Assembly (NCBI GenBank): GCA_016190245.1 | Contig: JACPQY010000085.1 | Span: forward strand, 35,095-99,094 | DNA: 64,000 bases | Source of the DNA: Nitrospirota bacterium | GTDB taxonomy: Bacteria; JACPQY01 | Reading direction: 5' to 3' | Part shown: in pieces, positions 28,101 to 37,683 of the stretch | Numbering within the stretch: the stretch's first letter is position 1 | Layout of the letters: each line of letters opens with the position of its first letter | Translations under genes and position numbers: made by a program | The notes under the pieces: generated by a model | Databases searched by the model: none | Seen by the model: the letters and a program-made list of their open reading frames with translations, nothing else | What the model was told of the DNA's origin: nothing

Positions 28101-30491
28101 CACCAGGATCCCGTTCGAGGCCACCCATGCCCCGCTGTTCCCCACCGTGTCCCGCGCGCGAACGCAATTGTAGTATGTGACACCGTTGGCGAGGGTGAGA
28201 CCGCCGGTTGCCCGACTCGTGACCAGCCCCACGTCGTTCGATGCGATTTTCTCTCCCTGGCAGTTCGGTGACACACTCAGGTTGTACTCGTAGCTCGCGA
28301 TCCCGTTGGCATCCGTGAACCCGCTCCAGACCGCCGTCATACCCCAAGTCCCTTTCTGCGAGGCCACGTCATTAGGGCCGCCGTCCGTCACGAGCCCGCC
28401 GGAAGGCAGGAGATTGTCATGGAGATAGGTGAGCGTGTTCGAAACCGAAGATACATTCCCCGCGCTGTCGATAGCCTTGGCCGTGATCGCGCTCGACGTG
28501 TTGGATGGCACGGGCGAGGAGGGCGTGATCCCGAACGACCCGTTGCTCCCCGCCCATCCGTCGTCGATAAAGACCCCATTGGCCAGAATCTGCACCTTCG
28601 CACCGGCCTCGGTGGTCCCCGACACCGTGGGTGTGGAGGAACCGCCGGAGCCCGAGGGGGTCAAGGATGACAGGGTGATCGTGGGAGGCGTCTTGTCGTT
28701 TGCGACCGAGGTGGGGGCGCTCGTGTTGCCCGCGATGTCCGTAGCCGTCACGTAGATCCTGTCCGCGGCGTCTCCCTTGTTGTCACCGATCTCCACAGTG
28801 GAAAACGAGCCGTCCGCATCCGCGGCCGCCTCCGCCAGCTTGCCCATCAGCAAGGCGTCCTCGTAGATCCCGACGATCGCGGCCCCCTCCACCGCACCAG
28901 ACAGGCCATACACCTTGTCCGCCAGCCCCGGCGCTTGTTGCCCGACTATCACATACACCGCTTCGGGCGGGGCGGGAGCGGTTGTGTCCACGGTCCAGGC
29001 GTACGCCGCCACGGCCGACTCGTTGCCCGCGGGGTCCACAGCCTTGACCTGGAGCGTGTGGGAACCGTCGGCCAAACCGCTCAACACGTGGGGTGAGGTA
29101 CAAGTGGAGAATGGGTCGCCGTCCAGAGAGCACGTCGCGGAGCAGTCGGCCTCGCTGCACGTGAACGCGAACGAGGCAGTAGAGGAGGCATCGAGCGCCG
29201 CGGGCTGGCTCTGGATGAGAGCAAGGGGAGCAACGGTATCGACTACCCAGTCATGCCGCGCGGGAGTGTCATCGGGGATGCCGAACTGTGTGGCACGCAC
29301 CTCCAGTACATGGGCACCGGCTTGCGCCTCGACTGTGAAGGGGGTGGAACAGGCGGCAAACGGCGAGCCATCCAGCGAGCACTCGAAAAGACAGTCGATC
29401 CCCTGGCATGCGAAAGTGAACGTGAGAGAGGTCGCGTTGACGAACGGAGGCAGCCCCGGTCCCAGGATCGTATCCAGGGACAGGAATCGCTGGACGCCGC
29501 CCGATCCCTGGGTCCATTCCACCGCCGAAGGGAGTGCCTGGAGCGTCCCATACTCGTCCGCCGCGCGGACCTCGAGGCGGTGGTCTCCATCAGGCAGGGA
29601 AGCGAGTGGCAGAGTGTCCGAGCACGGCTCGGGCGGGGAACCGTCGAGGGAGCACAAGAAGACTGCGCCTGGATCATCGCTCAGCAGTTGAAAGACGTAC
29701 CTCCCTCCTTCGGGCGCTGCCAGAATGATGCGGGACGAAGGTGACACCACATCGAGATCCGGCACCGGCTGCCAGGTGACGAAGGGCGCGAGGTGCTTGA
29801 GAGTTTGCAGCATCGCATCCCGCGCGGCGTTCGGTTCGGGAACGGAATTGGGATCCTCGGGCGAGGAGCCGACGACCAGTTCGAGGGCGCTCGAGTAGCC
29901 GTCGCCGTCGTGATCGGAGAAGTACATCCGCAGCTCGTCCAATGCGGCAGGTCCGTTCTCCACCGGCAGCCGCACGATGCCGACCACCCGGGCCAATTCG
30001 GCCGGACTGCCCTGGCTGCCGAGGAGGATCGTGACACTGTCCGCCGTGAGAGGTAGTTCGGTAGGGGCGTGGACCCGAAGAGAGCACGCGGTTGATGCGG
30101 GGACCGGCGGACCCGACGCCGATGCAACGACAGGAGCGAGGGTCGGTCCGCAGGCGAGCCATGCCGACGCGTCCGCAACCGCTCCGCCCACCTCGACGCG
30201 GGCCCACAGAGGGGAGGCGGCCGCGAGGAGGAAGGACTGCGGCGTGGTGAGACCGCTTTCGAGCTCCTGCCATGTGGGCGGGGCGGGGTCATCCTTTTGG
30301 CAGGAGAGCGCGAGGAAGATGGTGGCGGCGGCCAACAAAGAAGTCATTCGAGGTCGTACAACTGCGGCGGATCTCCTCACCCCAACCCTCCCCGCCTGTC
30401 CGGTCCGCCACGGCGGACGGACGGGCAGGTCCTCTTCGAGGAGAGGGGCTTGGGATAGTTGCGCACGACGACTTCGTTTCATGTCGCTCAC
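25158..30491 (-). CDS. Giant surface lipoprotein: Ig-like/FN3 stalk plus RCC1/BLIP-II repeats (adhesin 1)
   Basis: LALSC lipobox-like; repeated DTTPP/D.AGN Ig-like units; many H.CA..G...CWG.N..GQLG repeats. Confidence 0.9.
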   Translation of the reverse strand: MSDMKRSRRAQLSQAPLLEEDLPVRPPWRTGQAGRVGVRRSAAVVRPRMTSLLAAATIFLALSCQKDDPAPPTWQELESGLTTPQSFLLAAASPLWARVEVGGAVADASAWLACGPTLAPVVASASGPPVPASTACSLRVHAPTELPLTADSVTILLGSQGSPAELARVVGIVRLPVENGPAALDELRMYFSDHDGDGYSSALELVVGSSPEDPNSVPEPNAARDAMLQTLKHLAPFVTWQPVPDLDVVSPSSRIILAAPEGGRYVFQLLSDDPGAVFLCSLDGSPPEPCSDTLPLASLPDGDHRLEVRAADEYGTLQALPSAVEWTQGSGGVQRFLSLDTILGPGLPPFVNATSLTFTFACQGIDCLFECSLDGSPFAACSTPFTVEAQAGAHVLEVRATQFGIPDDTPARHDWVVDTVAPLALIQSQPAALDASSTASFAFTCSEADCSATCSLDGDPFSTCTSPHVLSGLADGSHTLQVKAVDPAGNESAVAAYAWTVDTTAPAPPEAVYVIVGQQAPGLADKVYGLSGAVEGAAIVGIYEDALLMGKLAEAAADADGSFSTVEIGDNKGDAADRIYVTATDIAGNTSAPTSVANDKTPPTITLSSLTPSGSGGSSTPTVSGTTEAGAKVQILANGVFIDDGWAGSNGSFGITPSSPVPSNTSSAITAKAIDSAGNVSSVSNTLTYLHDNLLPSGGLVTDGGPNDVASQKGTWGMTAVWSGFTDANGIASYEYNLSVSPNCQGEKIASNDVGLVTSRATGGLTLANGVTYYNCVRARDTVGNSGAWVASNGILVDTTPPNAPTYLETVPSSPASNDKPTIKGWAEANATIQVFDDGNLIGTGSAPVNGSFSVGATTAVTANAMNTITAKATDAAGNVSGSSNGLVYVHDSIAPTFAGAGTASMVSSTQIDLTWTAATDALTPQGSIVYLICRNTTYGACASNFTTTYTTTAGATSYSATTLNSGTRYFFVIRARDQAGNVDTNVVEKSAYTWSTQAVQGFSAGGSAADDYSCALVGNGTVKCWGGNTYGQLGNGTTTASTTPVTVSGLSAVVAISAGPNNQEPHACALKADGYVWCWGRNAQGELGIGNNTGPETCSSVACSKLPLQVQGSLANVVAISVGSENTCALRSDGAAYCWGDNYYGQLGIGNTTDTYTPAAVSGGNTFTAISTTGSHACAITSGGGAKCWGWNNVGQLGEGSGSGPEVCNGQSCAMTAQTVLGVGGVGSLSNVVSISAGSRVACARLSDGGARCWGLSNNGQLGNGGTANSTTPVIVAGFGAGTGALGVTGSSAGGADHNCAVMSDGTERCWGSNTTGELGNGTNTGPDDCSGNACGKSSGAVQTLTSVAWASNGSQTSFALMADGTLQSWGYNTPNSPLGRVCGAPCASPGAVTVLEGPVGLIAPTRARASGSGAGATRAHEPISAGDGHACAVATDGQARCWGLNANGQLGIGSTTNSTTPVKITSIGNVVSVSSGGSHACALVAGGTVKCWGKNANGQLGDNSTTERTSPVAVCDAGSCATSLSKVAAIAAGGSHTCALIYDGTIKCWGLNTSGQLGDGTNNQSLTPVAVSGITTAVAVSTGDNHTCAVLADGTPRCWGYNASGQLGNGDNVNQNTPVTLSGNPAGVRSIAAGGDHACFVGAGGTAQCWGLNTDGQLGDGTNTTRNTPAAVAGSWNLWLTAGKNHTCALNVSGTATCWGDNANGQIGDGSTADWNIPKGVFGLASIVSLAGGGDFTCASLSDGAAKCWGGNTYGQVGDGTTAQRSMATAVINLP

Positions 30492-33229
30492 TCCTTCTTT
30501 GCGAGATAGATGACCTTGACCGTCTGGCCGGGCTGCGGCGTGAGCTGGGAGCCCACGAACGAGATCGTGCGGGAGACGATGTCGTAGATGAATCCGTCCG
30601 TGCGCGTGACGGCGCCCGTCCCGCCGATCGTCACGCTGCGGCGCGCTTCGATGTCTTCAACGAAAACCCTGATCCGAGACGGGACAGCCGGACGGGCCAG
30701 CTTGAACTGGCTGGCGGCGGTGCCGACCGCCTGCGAGATGAGACTCAACGTCGGCGCGAACGTGCCCGAGCAGATGGATGCCCACGCCCCTCCGGTGGCC
30801 TGGGCCACTTCGATCACGGAGTTGCCTTCGTCGGCGCTCCCGTTGGTGCTGGAACATCCGCCGGCCGAGAAGGCATCGGCCGGATCCCCGGTGATCGCAA
30901 AGACTGTGGCCGCTTGCGCGGCTAAGAAATCGATAAAGAGCTGGGGTGAGGTAGCGCCGGCGGTGTAGGAATAAGTGTATGAGCCCTCCCAGGATTGGTC
31001 GATTTCATCCGTTACGAGGATGACCACCAGCGACGCGCCGGACCGGCGGAAACCGGCGTTCTTCCCGTCTGTTACCCGCGAAGAGAGCGCCTCTCGGGCG
31101 GCCAGAAGGGGGCGCTCGAAGGCGGAGCCCCACGTGCCCGGCGTGCTGAGAGTGGCCCACTCCGACTTGGCGTTGGGCGTGGAGGGAGCGAGATACTTCG
31201 CGCCGGATGCGAGCGACCGCAGGGCGCCGCAGTTGCCCGAGACGTCGCAGTCGGTCGTCGTCACGCCGAGGTGGTAGTCGAGGCCCATCGCCTGAAGCTG
31301 GGTGAAGAACGCGTCGAAGTTTGACGCCAGGTTCTTCTGCTCCTGCGACATGCTGCCCGAGTCATCAATGACCCACAGGATGTCCACCAGGTTCGAATTC
31401 ACGACGATCTGAGCCGCCTGGGCGGCGGTGAAGGTTTCTACGTATCGAGTCAGGGTCGTGGACGCCCCCGTGGCGGCGCCGACCGACTGGAACATTTCGT
31501 CGGATAGCGTGTTGAAATCGTCGAAGGGCGCCGCCGCAATCGCGTGCGCGTTCTTGCCGTCCTTCCGAGTCGCGCTCCCGATCACGGCGACGAAATCGGA
31601 TGCGAGTCGGCCGGTCTTGGGATCCGAAGGCACGTTCGGGAGCGTCACATCGGCGTCGCCGGCGCTTGCGCCCAGGACGGCGGCGAGCTGGGCCACCACG
31701 CTCTCCAGGCTGCGGTCGCTCGCGAAAGAGAGGAAATACGTGGAGAGGCTCATGGGGTCGCCCTCTGCGCTCGTGGCGGCGAAAGCGGTCACCGTGCTCA
31801 GGGAGAGCGACGAATCGGCCGGGATGAGGGTGCCGTTCACCGTGGCCTGTTTGGGCATGCCCGCCGCGAGTTGGGAGGCCGCCTGGTTCGGCGGAAACGC
31901 CGAGAGCAGATAGGCCCCGCGAACCCCGCCCTCGCGGTGGAAGAACAGCGCCGTCACATCCCCTTCGACGGGTACGGCCGAATAGCTTTCCGGGAGGGCC
32001 ACAGCAAGGTCGCCGGAGGGGTGGGTGCTCTGTCGCGGCAGAATATCGGAATCGGTCGAGATGACGGGAAGGGCCTCGACAAACGTCGCCTCCGAGTCGC
32101 CGGCCCCCGAGTTGGAGGCGGAACCGCCCGCCGGCTCGAACAGGTCGGGGGATTCCGGCATCGGGTCCCGGGGCGGCGCGGGATCGGTCCAGCAGAGCCG
32201 CTCATCCCGGCCCTCGATCAGCGCGCAGCCGCTGCAATCGTCCGCAAAGACGAGGCGGAAGGTGTTGAGCGATTCGACCGCGAGCGTACCCGCGTGGGGC
32301 ATTCGGGGCCGGTCGTGACAGAGACCTGTCCGAATCCCTTCGAAGCGAATCGCGATCCGGCCCGGCGATGAAGTGAGCAGCGCCAGACGGGTGCCGCCCA
32401 CCTCGACCTCTCCGTCGGTTGCGAGTACGGCCGGCGTCTCCGACCGGCGCGATTCGATGCTCGCGCGCAGGGCCGTCGCGTCAGGTTGGGTCTCCACCAA
32501 CCAGGATGCCTCGGAGGCCACGAAATCGGAGTCCATCCCCCAAGTCCGCCATCGGAAGGACTCGCGCAGCGGCCGGTATTCGTTGAGGAGGCCGGTGAGT
32601 TCGCGTTCGGCCTCCATCCGATACTCTTCTCCCGGCCGGTAGGTGCTGTGGAGGGTTTGCTCCCCTTCCACCGTATGACGGGCGAACGGCGTGTCCTCAA
32701 CCCACCCATTCCATTCGTACTCTGCGGAGTAGTTTCCGAGATGGAAATCTCCGCTGACACGGATCTCGCCGTCGTACCGGATGGGGAGGTCGCCGACGGC
32801 GGTGCCGCAGCCCCCCTTGAGACGCAAATCGATCCGCCCCGTCGGATATTCGGATGCATCCGCCACGCGGGGGCAACGGGCCTCATCCTGCCGGCGCAGC
32901 GCGCGCAGCGGAACCCGGTCGGAGGCATCGCGCGTCACTCCGAGAATCGGCAGTCCGCCGAACAGCGAGGGCGCTTCCTGACCGAATCCCGACAGGTCAA
33001 CGGGCGTCTCCACGGATCCTAGCGACCAGTACTGAACCGCTGCGGGGAGGTGGCTGACAGCCCAGGCGGTGAGCGCGGCGAGCGCCTCCCGGTCGTTCGA
33101 GAGTTCGGCGACGGGCCAGGATTCGATCAGCGCATCCGGTGTGGGGCGGCGGTCGGGGGAGGGACTCCCGGTACAGGCTGCCAGAAAACTCATGGAGGCG
33201 AAGCACAGAAATGGTCGGCGCACAGTCAT
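30488..33229 (-). CDS. Lipoprotein with C-terminal von Willebrand A domain (CglB-like)
   Basis: LAAC lipobox; DILWVIDDSGSMSQEQ..DYHLGVTTTD MIDAS-containing vWA typical of CglB-like proteins. Confidence 0.8.
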   Translation of the reverse strand: MTVRRPFLCFASMSFLAACTGSPSPDRRPTPDALIESWPVAELSNDREALAALTAWAVSHLPAAVQYWSLGSVETPVDLSGFGQEAPSLFGGLPILGVTRDASDRVPLRALRRQDEARCPRVADASEYPTGRIDLRLKGGCGTAVGDLPIRYDGEIRVSGDFHLGNYSAEYEWNGWVEDTPFARHTVEGEQTLHSTYRPGEEYRMEAERELTGLLNEYRPLRESFRWRTWGMDSDFVASEASWLVETQPDATALRASIESRRSETPAVLATDGEVEVGGTRLALLTSSPGRIAIRFEGIRTGLCHDRPRMPHAGTLAVESLNTFRLVFADDCSGCALIEGRDERLCWTDPAPPRDPMPESPDLFEPAGGSASNSGAGDSEATFVEALPVISTDSDILPRQSTHPSGDLAVALPESYSAVPVEGDVTALFFHREGGVRGAYLLSAFPPNQAASQLAAGMPKQATVNGTLIPADSSLSLSTVTAFAATSAEGDPMSLSTYFLSFASDRSLESVVAQLAAVLGASAGDADVTLPNVPSDPKTGRLASDFVAVIGSATRKDGKNAHAIAAAPFDDFNTLSDEMFQSVGAATGASTTLTRYVETFTAAQAAQIVVNSNLVDILWVIDDSGSMSQEQKNLASNFDAFFTQLQAMGLDYHLGVTTTDCDVSGNCGALRSLASGAKYLAPSTPNAKSEWATLSTPGTWGSAFERPLLAAREALSSRVTDGKNAGFRRSGASLVVILVTDEIDQSWEGSYTYSYTAGATSPQLFIDFLAAQAATVFAITGDPADAFSAGGCSSTNGSADEGNSVIEVAQATGGAWASICSGTFAPTLSLISQAVGTAASQFKLARPAVPSRIRVFVEDIEARRSVTIGGTGAVTRTDGFIYDIVSRTISFVGSQLTPQPGQTVKVIYLAKKE

Positions 33230-35691
33230 GATTCCAGCCGGACGGCATCAATGAGAACGACGGTGTCGTACACCCTGTCGCCACCGTCTTTGACTTCGAA
33301 GATCAGCGTGGCACCCTGATTTCGAGCCGCCTCGGGCAGTGGGGCCGACACCGTGGTCCACTCCGTCGCGAAGACCGTGTGGTCGCCGCCCTCCAGGTCC
33401 AGGCCCATCACCGGGGCCCACGAGCCCCCGTCCGTCGTTATCGAGGTCAGAGTGGTCTTTGCGCCCGCCACGTCCAATGAGGCTTCGAAGGTGTCCCGGT
33501 AGGGCGACCCGACGAACTCAAGAGGCTCTTCGGAGACGAGCCGGTAGTCAAAAACGAGCTTCGTCGAACCCGGCGATACGCAGAAGGGCTGGCTGAGGCG
33601 GCTGGTCGCACCGTCCGCGGCTTTTTCCCCGGTGCTCACGAACGCCATGTAGCGGCCATCCTTCGAGGTGAGGGATCCCACGCGCGTGACAACCTGCACG
33701 TCGCCCTCCGGGTCCCATCCGCCGGCCGTTCCGTCTTCGAACGAGGCGTTGTTGAAGCCGTCGGCGGTGATTGTGACACTAGTGTCACCCGCAACTAACA
33801 GTGTGGCCGGATGGGGCTCGGGTTCAGGGGAACAGACCGCATCGGTCGGCCCGATCGTTCGGGTCACGAAATCGTACACCTCGCCCAACTTGGAACCCTT
33901 GAGGAACTCGCCGAAGACGGAGCGGACAACCGGGCCGTCGTAGCAGGTGCTGACGACCTCGCTGTAGCCGAGGTAGCCGGTCGTGCCGGCATTGATGAAT
34001 CCGTTCGGCAAGGAACCTCCGTAGTAGCTGCGGCAGGACCCGTTGAAGACGAGAGAGTTGGGACGCGAGGGCCCGTAGGAGGCGGCGAAGCCGGGGGAGA
34101 TGGCGTAGTAGGTCAACTGCGGAAGGCTGATTACCTTCCCGCCCAGGATTTCGCTCGCATACTGGGTTTCCCGATCGGGGCTCTTGGGCGTCCCGGACAG
34201 CGCGATCGAGACAACGACGTCCGCTGGATCTGGATCACTCGGGCACACTTTCATGTTCCCCGGTTTGCCGCAGTAAGCATCACCATGGGTGTCCAAGACA
34301 ACGATGTCGTAGTCCTTCATCGTCTTGAGCGTGTCGATTCCGGCGTCCTGGTTGTACACGCGGTGTGCTTCGAAAACGGGGCACTTGTGCCCCTCGATCA
34401 TGGAGTGCACCTCATCGTACGCGGCGGCCGGCAGGCGATCGCCTTGGTCACGAAATGCGGAGGCGACGAGGACTTTCGGGTTGGTCAGCGCCGCCCGCTC
34501 GGACGATCGGGCTGGCTGACGCTTGTATCGAATCGGATCGGGGCGCCGCTTCTCGTCGGGTTTGGGGGGCGCGGGGGCCGCGGGCGGTTCAGGCGCCGGT
34601 TTGGGAGCGCAGTTGACTCGCACCGGGCCGACTTTCGTCTTGAACGAGCCTCCACAGAATCCGTGCCTGCCACTGTCGAGCAAGTAGCTGTACGTGTCAC
34701 CACTCGAGGAGGCCTCGACCACGTTGGGCTGTTTTTTCAGCCATTCCGCCACCTGCCGGGCCGCCTCTTCATCGCCAGCTTCCACCCGCAGCTTCTCGTA
34801 CATCGTTCCTGCTTGGCCTTCGATCTCCCAGCTCCGCGCCCACTGCTCCTCCGTCCACGGCACGTACACTTGGGGCCCGAAAACCTCCGAATAGGCCCGG
34901 AACGAGCCGGCGCCCTCGCGTCCGCCCGAGACCGCGATTCGAAACCGCGCCCGCCCCTCGACGGTCTCGCGCAGGGTGGTCTTGTTGCTGAAGACGGCGT
35001 CCTTGGGGATGGAATCGGAGTGCTCCTTCTTGCCGTCGTCGAAAAGCTCGGCGATCGTTTCGATCGCCTCGTTGCCCTCGTTCACGCGCACGACTTCCAC
35101 GCGATCGATCATGACGCCTTTGGCTTCCTGGATTCCGATCCGGATCAGAACCTCCTCGGGCTGGTCGGTCATGAGAACCGTCTCGGAGAGGTCGGGGTAG
35201 CTGATGAAGTCCACCTCGGTGGTGCGGATGACCCACAGCACCACGGAGCCCGTGTTGGCCGCCGCGTCCCAAGCCGTGATGGTGATCCGGTTGTCGCCCG
35301 GCTCCAGATGAATCCCGCGGGCCTCCCAGTGAAGGCCGAAGGGCTCTGGACGGACGTCCGCGATCCCTTGTCCCCCTCGATCGCTCTCCCACTTCACGCG
35401 GACGACGGCCCGATCATCGCCGGCCGAGCCGGTCAGGTCGAGGGTGGGTTCGCGCGTCGAGTACCCCTCGACGTGTTCGGGTCGGATGGGCTCCGAGACC
35501 GATACGGAGGGACCCTGAGTATCTCGATCGGGGGCCTGCACCTCGGCCTCAGCCCGACCTCGCATCCGGTCCCATCCCGATTCGATCTGGTCGCACCCGG
35601 CGACCAGTGCGCCGTGGGCCGCGAGCAACAGGATCGCGAGCAGGCGGCCAAGAAAACGCGGCCGGATCTCAGTCCATCGGCGTCGCCCCAC
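33226..35691 (-). CDS. Lipoprotein with Ig-like domain and putative clan CD (caspase/gingipain-like) peptidase domain
   Basis: VAGC lipobox; DIVVLDTHG and SLVFNGSC His/Cys motifs; GTG 35691 with SD GGAGGA (the ORF-track extension to 36237 overlaps hicBA). Confidence 0.6.
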   Translation of the reverse strand: MGRRRWTEIRPRFLGRLLAILLLAAHGALVAGCDQIESGWDRMRGRAEAEVQAPDRDTQGPSVSVSEPIRPEHVEGYSTREPTLDLTGSAGDDRAVVRVKWESDRGGQGIADVRPEPFGLHWEARGIHLEPGDNRITITAWDAAANTGSVVLWVIRTTEVDFISYPDLSETVLMTDQPEEVLIRIGIQEAKGVMIDRVEVVRVNEGNEAIETIAELFDDGKKEHSDSIPKDAVFSNKTTLRETVEGRARFRIAVSGGREGAGSFRAYSEVFGPQVYVPWTEEQWARSWEIEGQAGTMYEKLRVEAGDEEAARQVAEWLKKQPNVVEASSSGDTYSYLLDSGRHGFCGGSFKTKVGPVRVNCAPKPAPEPPAAPAPPKPDEKRRPDPIRYKRQPARSSERAALTNPKVLVASAFRDQGDRLPAAAYDEVHSMIEGHKCPVFEAHRVYNQDAGIDTLKTMKDYDIVVLDTHGDAYCGKPGNMKVCPSDPDPADVVVSIALSGTPKSPDRETQYASEILGGKVISLPQLTYYAISPGFAASYGPSRPNSLVFNGSCRSYYGGSLPNGFINAGTTGYLGYSEVVSTCYDGPVVRSVFGEFLKGSKLGEVYDFVTRTIGPTDAVCSPEPEPHPATLLVAGDTSVTITADGFNNASFEDGTAGGWDPEGDVQVVTRVGSLTSKDGRYMAFVSTGEKAADGATSRLSQPFCVSPGSTKLVFDYRLVSEEPLEFVGSPYRDTFEASLDVAGAKTTLTSITTDGGSWAPVMGLDLEGGDHTVFATEWTTVSAPLPEAARNQGATLIFEVKDGGDRVYDTVVLIDAVRLES

Positions 35692-35755
35692 CCCCTGCCC
35701 TCCTCCACCCAGGCCCGAATTGCCGCCCGTGGCGCGTGGTGGTACGATTCTCTTC

Positions 35756-35971
35756 GTGGCAAGAAAGCGGGAAACCTTTCGCGCGACGTTCGTAAAGGAC
35801 GGCAAGTGGTGGGTAGCCTGGACGGATGACGTGCCCGGTGCCCTCACGCAGGGCGCAACTCTGGCAGAGGCTCGCGAGAACCTGAGGGACGCCATTCGAC
35901 TCATGCTTGAGCCCCTCGACTTGACCCGGCTGCCCAAGCGGGACGTCCGCGTCGAAACGATCTCCGTTTGA
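35756..35971 (+). CDS. hicB: HicB-family antitoxin (short form)
   Basis: WWVAW.DDVPGALTQG.TL.EARENL.DAI; TGGTACGAT 7 nt upstream of GTG. Confidence 0.85.
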   Translation: MARKRETFRATFVKDGKWWVAWTDDVPGALTQGATLAEARENLRDAIRLMLEPLDLTRLPKRDVRVETISV

Positions 35972-36159
35972 AGCGCCGCGAGTTGATCCGTCATCTCGAA
36001 AGCCACGGGTGTGCGCTGATCCGAGAGGGAGCCAAGCACAGCCGGTACGTGAATCTCGCCGACCCTCGACGCCAGACTTCGGTGCCGAGGCACCGAGAAA
36101 TCGCCGACCTCCTCGCGGTCAAGATCTGCCGCCAGCTCGGCGTTCCGGATATCCGGTAG
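35968..36159 (+). CDS. hicA: HicA-family mRNA interferase toxin
   Basis: MKRRELIRHL..GC..IREGAKH..T.VPRH.EI...L...IC.QL. Confidence 0.9.
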   Translation: MKRRELIRHLESHGCALIREGAKHSRYVNLADPRRQTSVPRHREIADLLAVKICRQLGVPDIR

Positions 36160-36224
36160 TCGGAACCTCCGCTCTCCTCCATCTGCGCGCCTCGCCTTCC
36201 GCCCCATGCAATGCGGCCGGTTCT

Positions 36225-36248
36225 GGTCCATCGTCAAGCTCTGACCTC
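36225..36248 (+). repeat. Solo copy of the RAYT terminal repeat downstream of hicBA
   Basis: GGTCCATCGTCAAGCTCTGACCTC; upstream ~35 bp similar to 44260-44297. Confidence 0.8.
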
Positions 36249-36334
36249 AAAGTTCAGCTCCTGCATTGTCCGAAGCTGACAGCTGATCGCTGACCGCTGA
36301 AGGCCTACAGGATTCAGTACCTGCTTCATTCTCC

Positions 36335-37663
36335 CTACCTCCCTCGCCCCCTGATGTGCCCAAGCTGTTGTTCGTCCCACTCGTTGGCCACCTCGGCCAG
36401 CCGCTGCAACCGCTCCGAATAGCCCGCCACCGTCAGCCCCGTGCTCGCTTCCAACCCCTGCCGCATGGCCCGGATGCGGGGGAGGGCCGCACGCAGGTAG
36501 GGCTCAAGCATCGGGAACATCGGATCGCCGCCGTACCCCAGTTCCCACCCGGCCGTCCGCGCCTCGGCATCCGCAAGCTGGGCCTCGATTCCACCGAGCG
36601 TCTGGAGCGCCTCCCCCACGGCCACGAACGTGGCCAAGGATTCCACCCCCTCACATCGCGTCGGCGTTCTGGACGCGTCCCACAGCACATTCCCACACTC
36701 CTTCATGTAGAGCTTGAACACACTGAAGGGCACGCCCAGTTTCTTGAGCACCGTCGAGAACTCCTTGTTGTCGGGAATGTTGCCGGGCGTGTTGGGGATA
36801 CCGGCCGAGAGGACCGGCAAGCCATCCGAGGCCTCCAGGATCTGGTAGGCGAGCGGCTTCGGATCGCTGGGATTTCCCGACCACTTCAGTTGCGCCTCGA
36901 CCACGTCGTAAGTGGTCTTCGCTGGACTCGACACCACCACGCCATTCGTTGCCACCCAGTTCCCCGCCTCCACGTCGCCCAGGAGATCCCACGACGGCGA
37001 ATCCACACCGGCGCCGCTGAGAACCGTCGAGAGCTTGAGCGGGGGCACAGCCACACCCTTGTTGGCGACCTCCATCGCATCCTTGGGATTCTCGATGCAA
37101 TCCTCCTGGTCACCGCCGAAACGCATACAGGTGGCCAACAGAAGACTGGAGATATCGGGCGCCCCATCACCGCCTCCGCCAGACCCAGCCAAAGTTGAAA
37201 GCGCCTGCGTCGTGGCCCCCTGAGACAGATCTCCAAGCTGCCCCTGCTGCATGGCCTTGGTAAGGAGGTCCCCAACAGATGGGAGGGCTGCCGTCATTGT
37301 CAGTTGGGTCAGGAAAATCCGCGACGTCGGCAGACTAAGGAGCGTGTCTTTCACCTTCGACTTGCCGTCCTCCGCCCACTTTTTCCCCAACTTCCCGGTC
37401 CGTTCCTTCATCATCCGGCCTACTCCTCGATCCAACGGTTGGACGGTCGTGGCCGCTGGAGAGCCGGCTCCGGCCTGCCCACCTGCCGGCGTGGCCGTCC
37501 CTGCCTGCGGCTGCCCCGCAGCCGGGGCCGGGCCGGTGCTCTGCACCTGCTTGGGCTTCTTGATTCCCCGCATGACCTGTTCCGTTTCCGCCGCGCGGGC
37601 GGTGGAGCCGAGCAGGCCGATCACAAGCGCACTGCCCATCCCGATGATGATTGCCTTTCGCAT
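36335..37663 (-). CDS. Secreted protein, possibly second TraH-like protein
   Basis: Signal peptide ARA; LPTSRIFLTQLTMTAALPSVGDLL weakly resembles the TraH helix; follows the second TraU-like gene. Confidence 0.3.
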   Translation of the reverse strand: MRKAIIIGMGSALVIGLLGSTARAAETEQVMRGIKKPKQVQSTGPAPAAGQPQAGTATPAGGQAGAGSPAATTVQPLDRGVGRMMKERTGKLGKKWAEDGKSKVKDTLLSLPTSRIFLTQLTMTAALPSVGDLLTKAMQQGQLGDLSQGATTQALSTLAGSGGGGDGAPDISSLLLATCMRFGGDQEDCIENPKDAMEVANKGVAVPPLKLSTVLSGAGVDSPSWDLLGDVEAGNWVATNGVVVSSPAKTTYDVVEAQLKWSGNPSDPKPLAYQILEASDGLPVLSAGIPNTPGNIPDNKEFSTVLKKLGVPFSVFKLYMKECGNVLWDASRTPTRCEGVESLATFVAVGEALQTLGGIEAQLADAEARTAGWELGYGGDPMFPMLEPYLRAALPRIRAMRQGLEASTGLTVAGYSERLQRLAEVANEWDEQQLGHIRGRGR

Positions 37664-37683
37664 ATCTCACCCCTTTCCCCTCA

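Noticed and set aside
35692-36237. N-terminal extension of the 33226 ORF
   Set aside because: It is antisense to well-supported hicBA; a better start with SD is at 35691.
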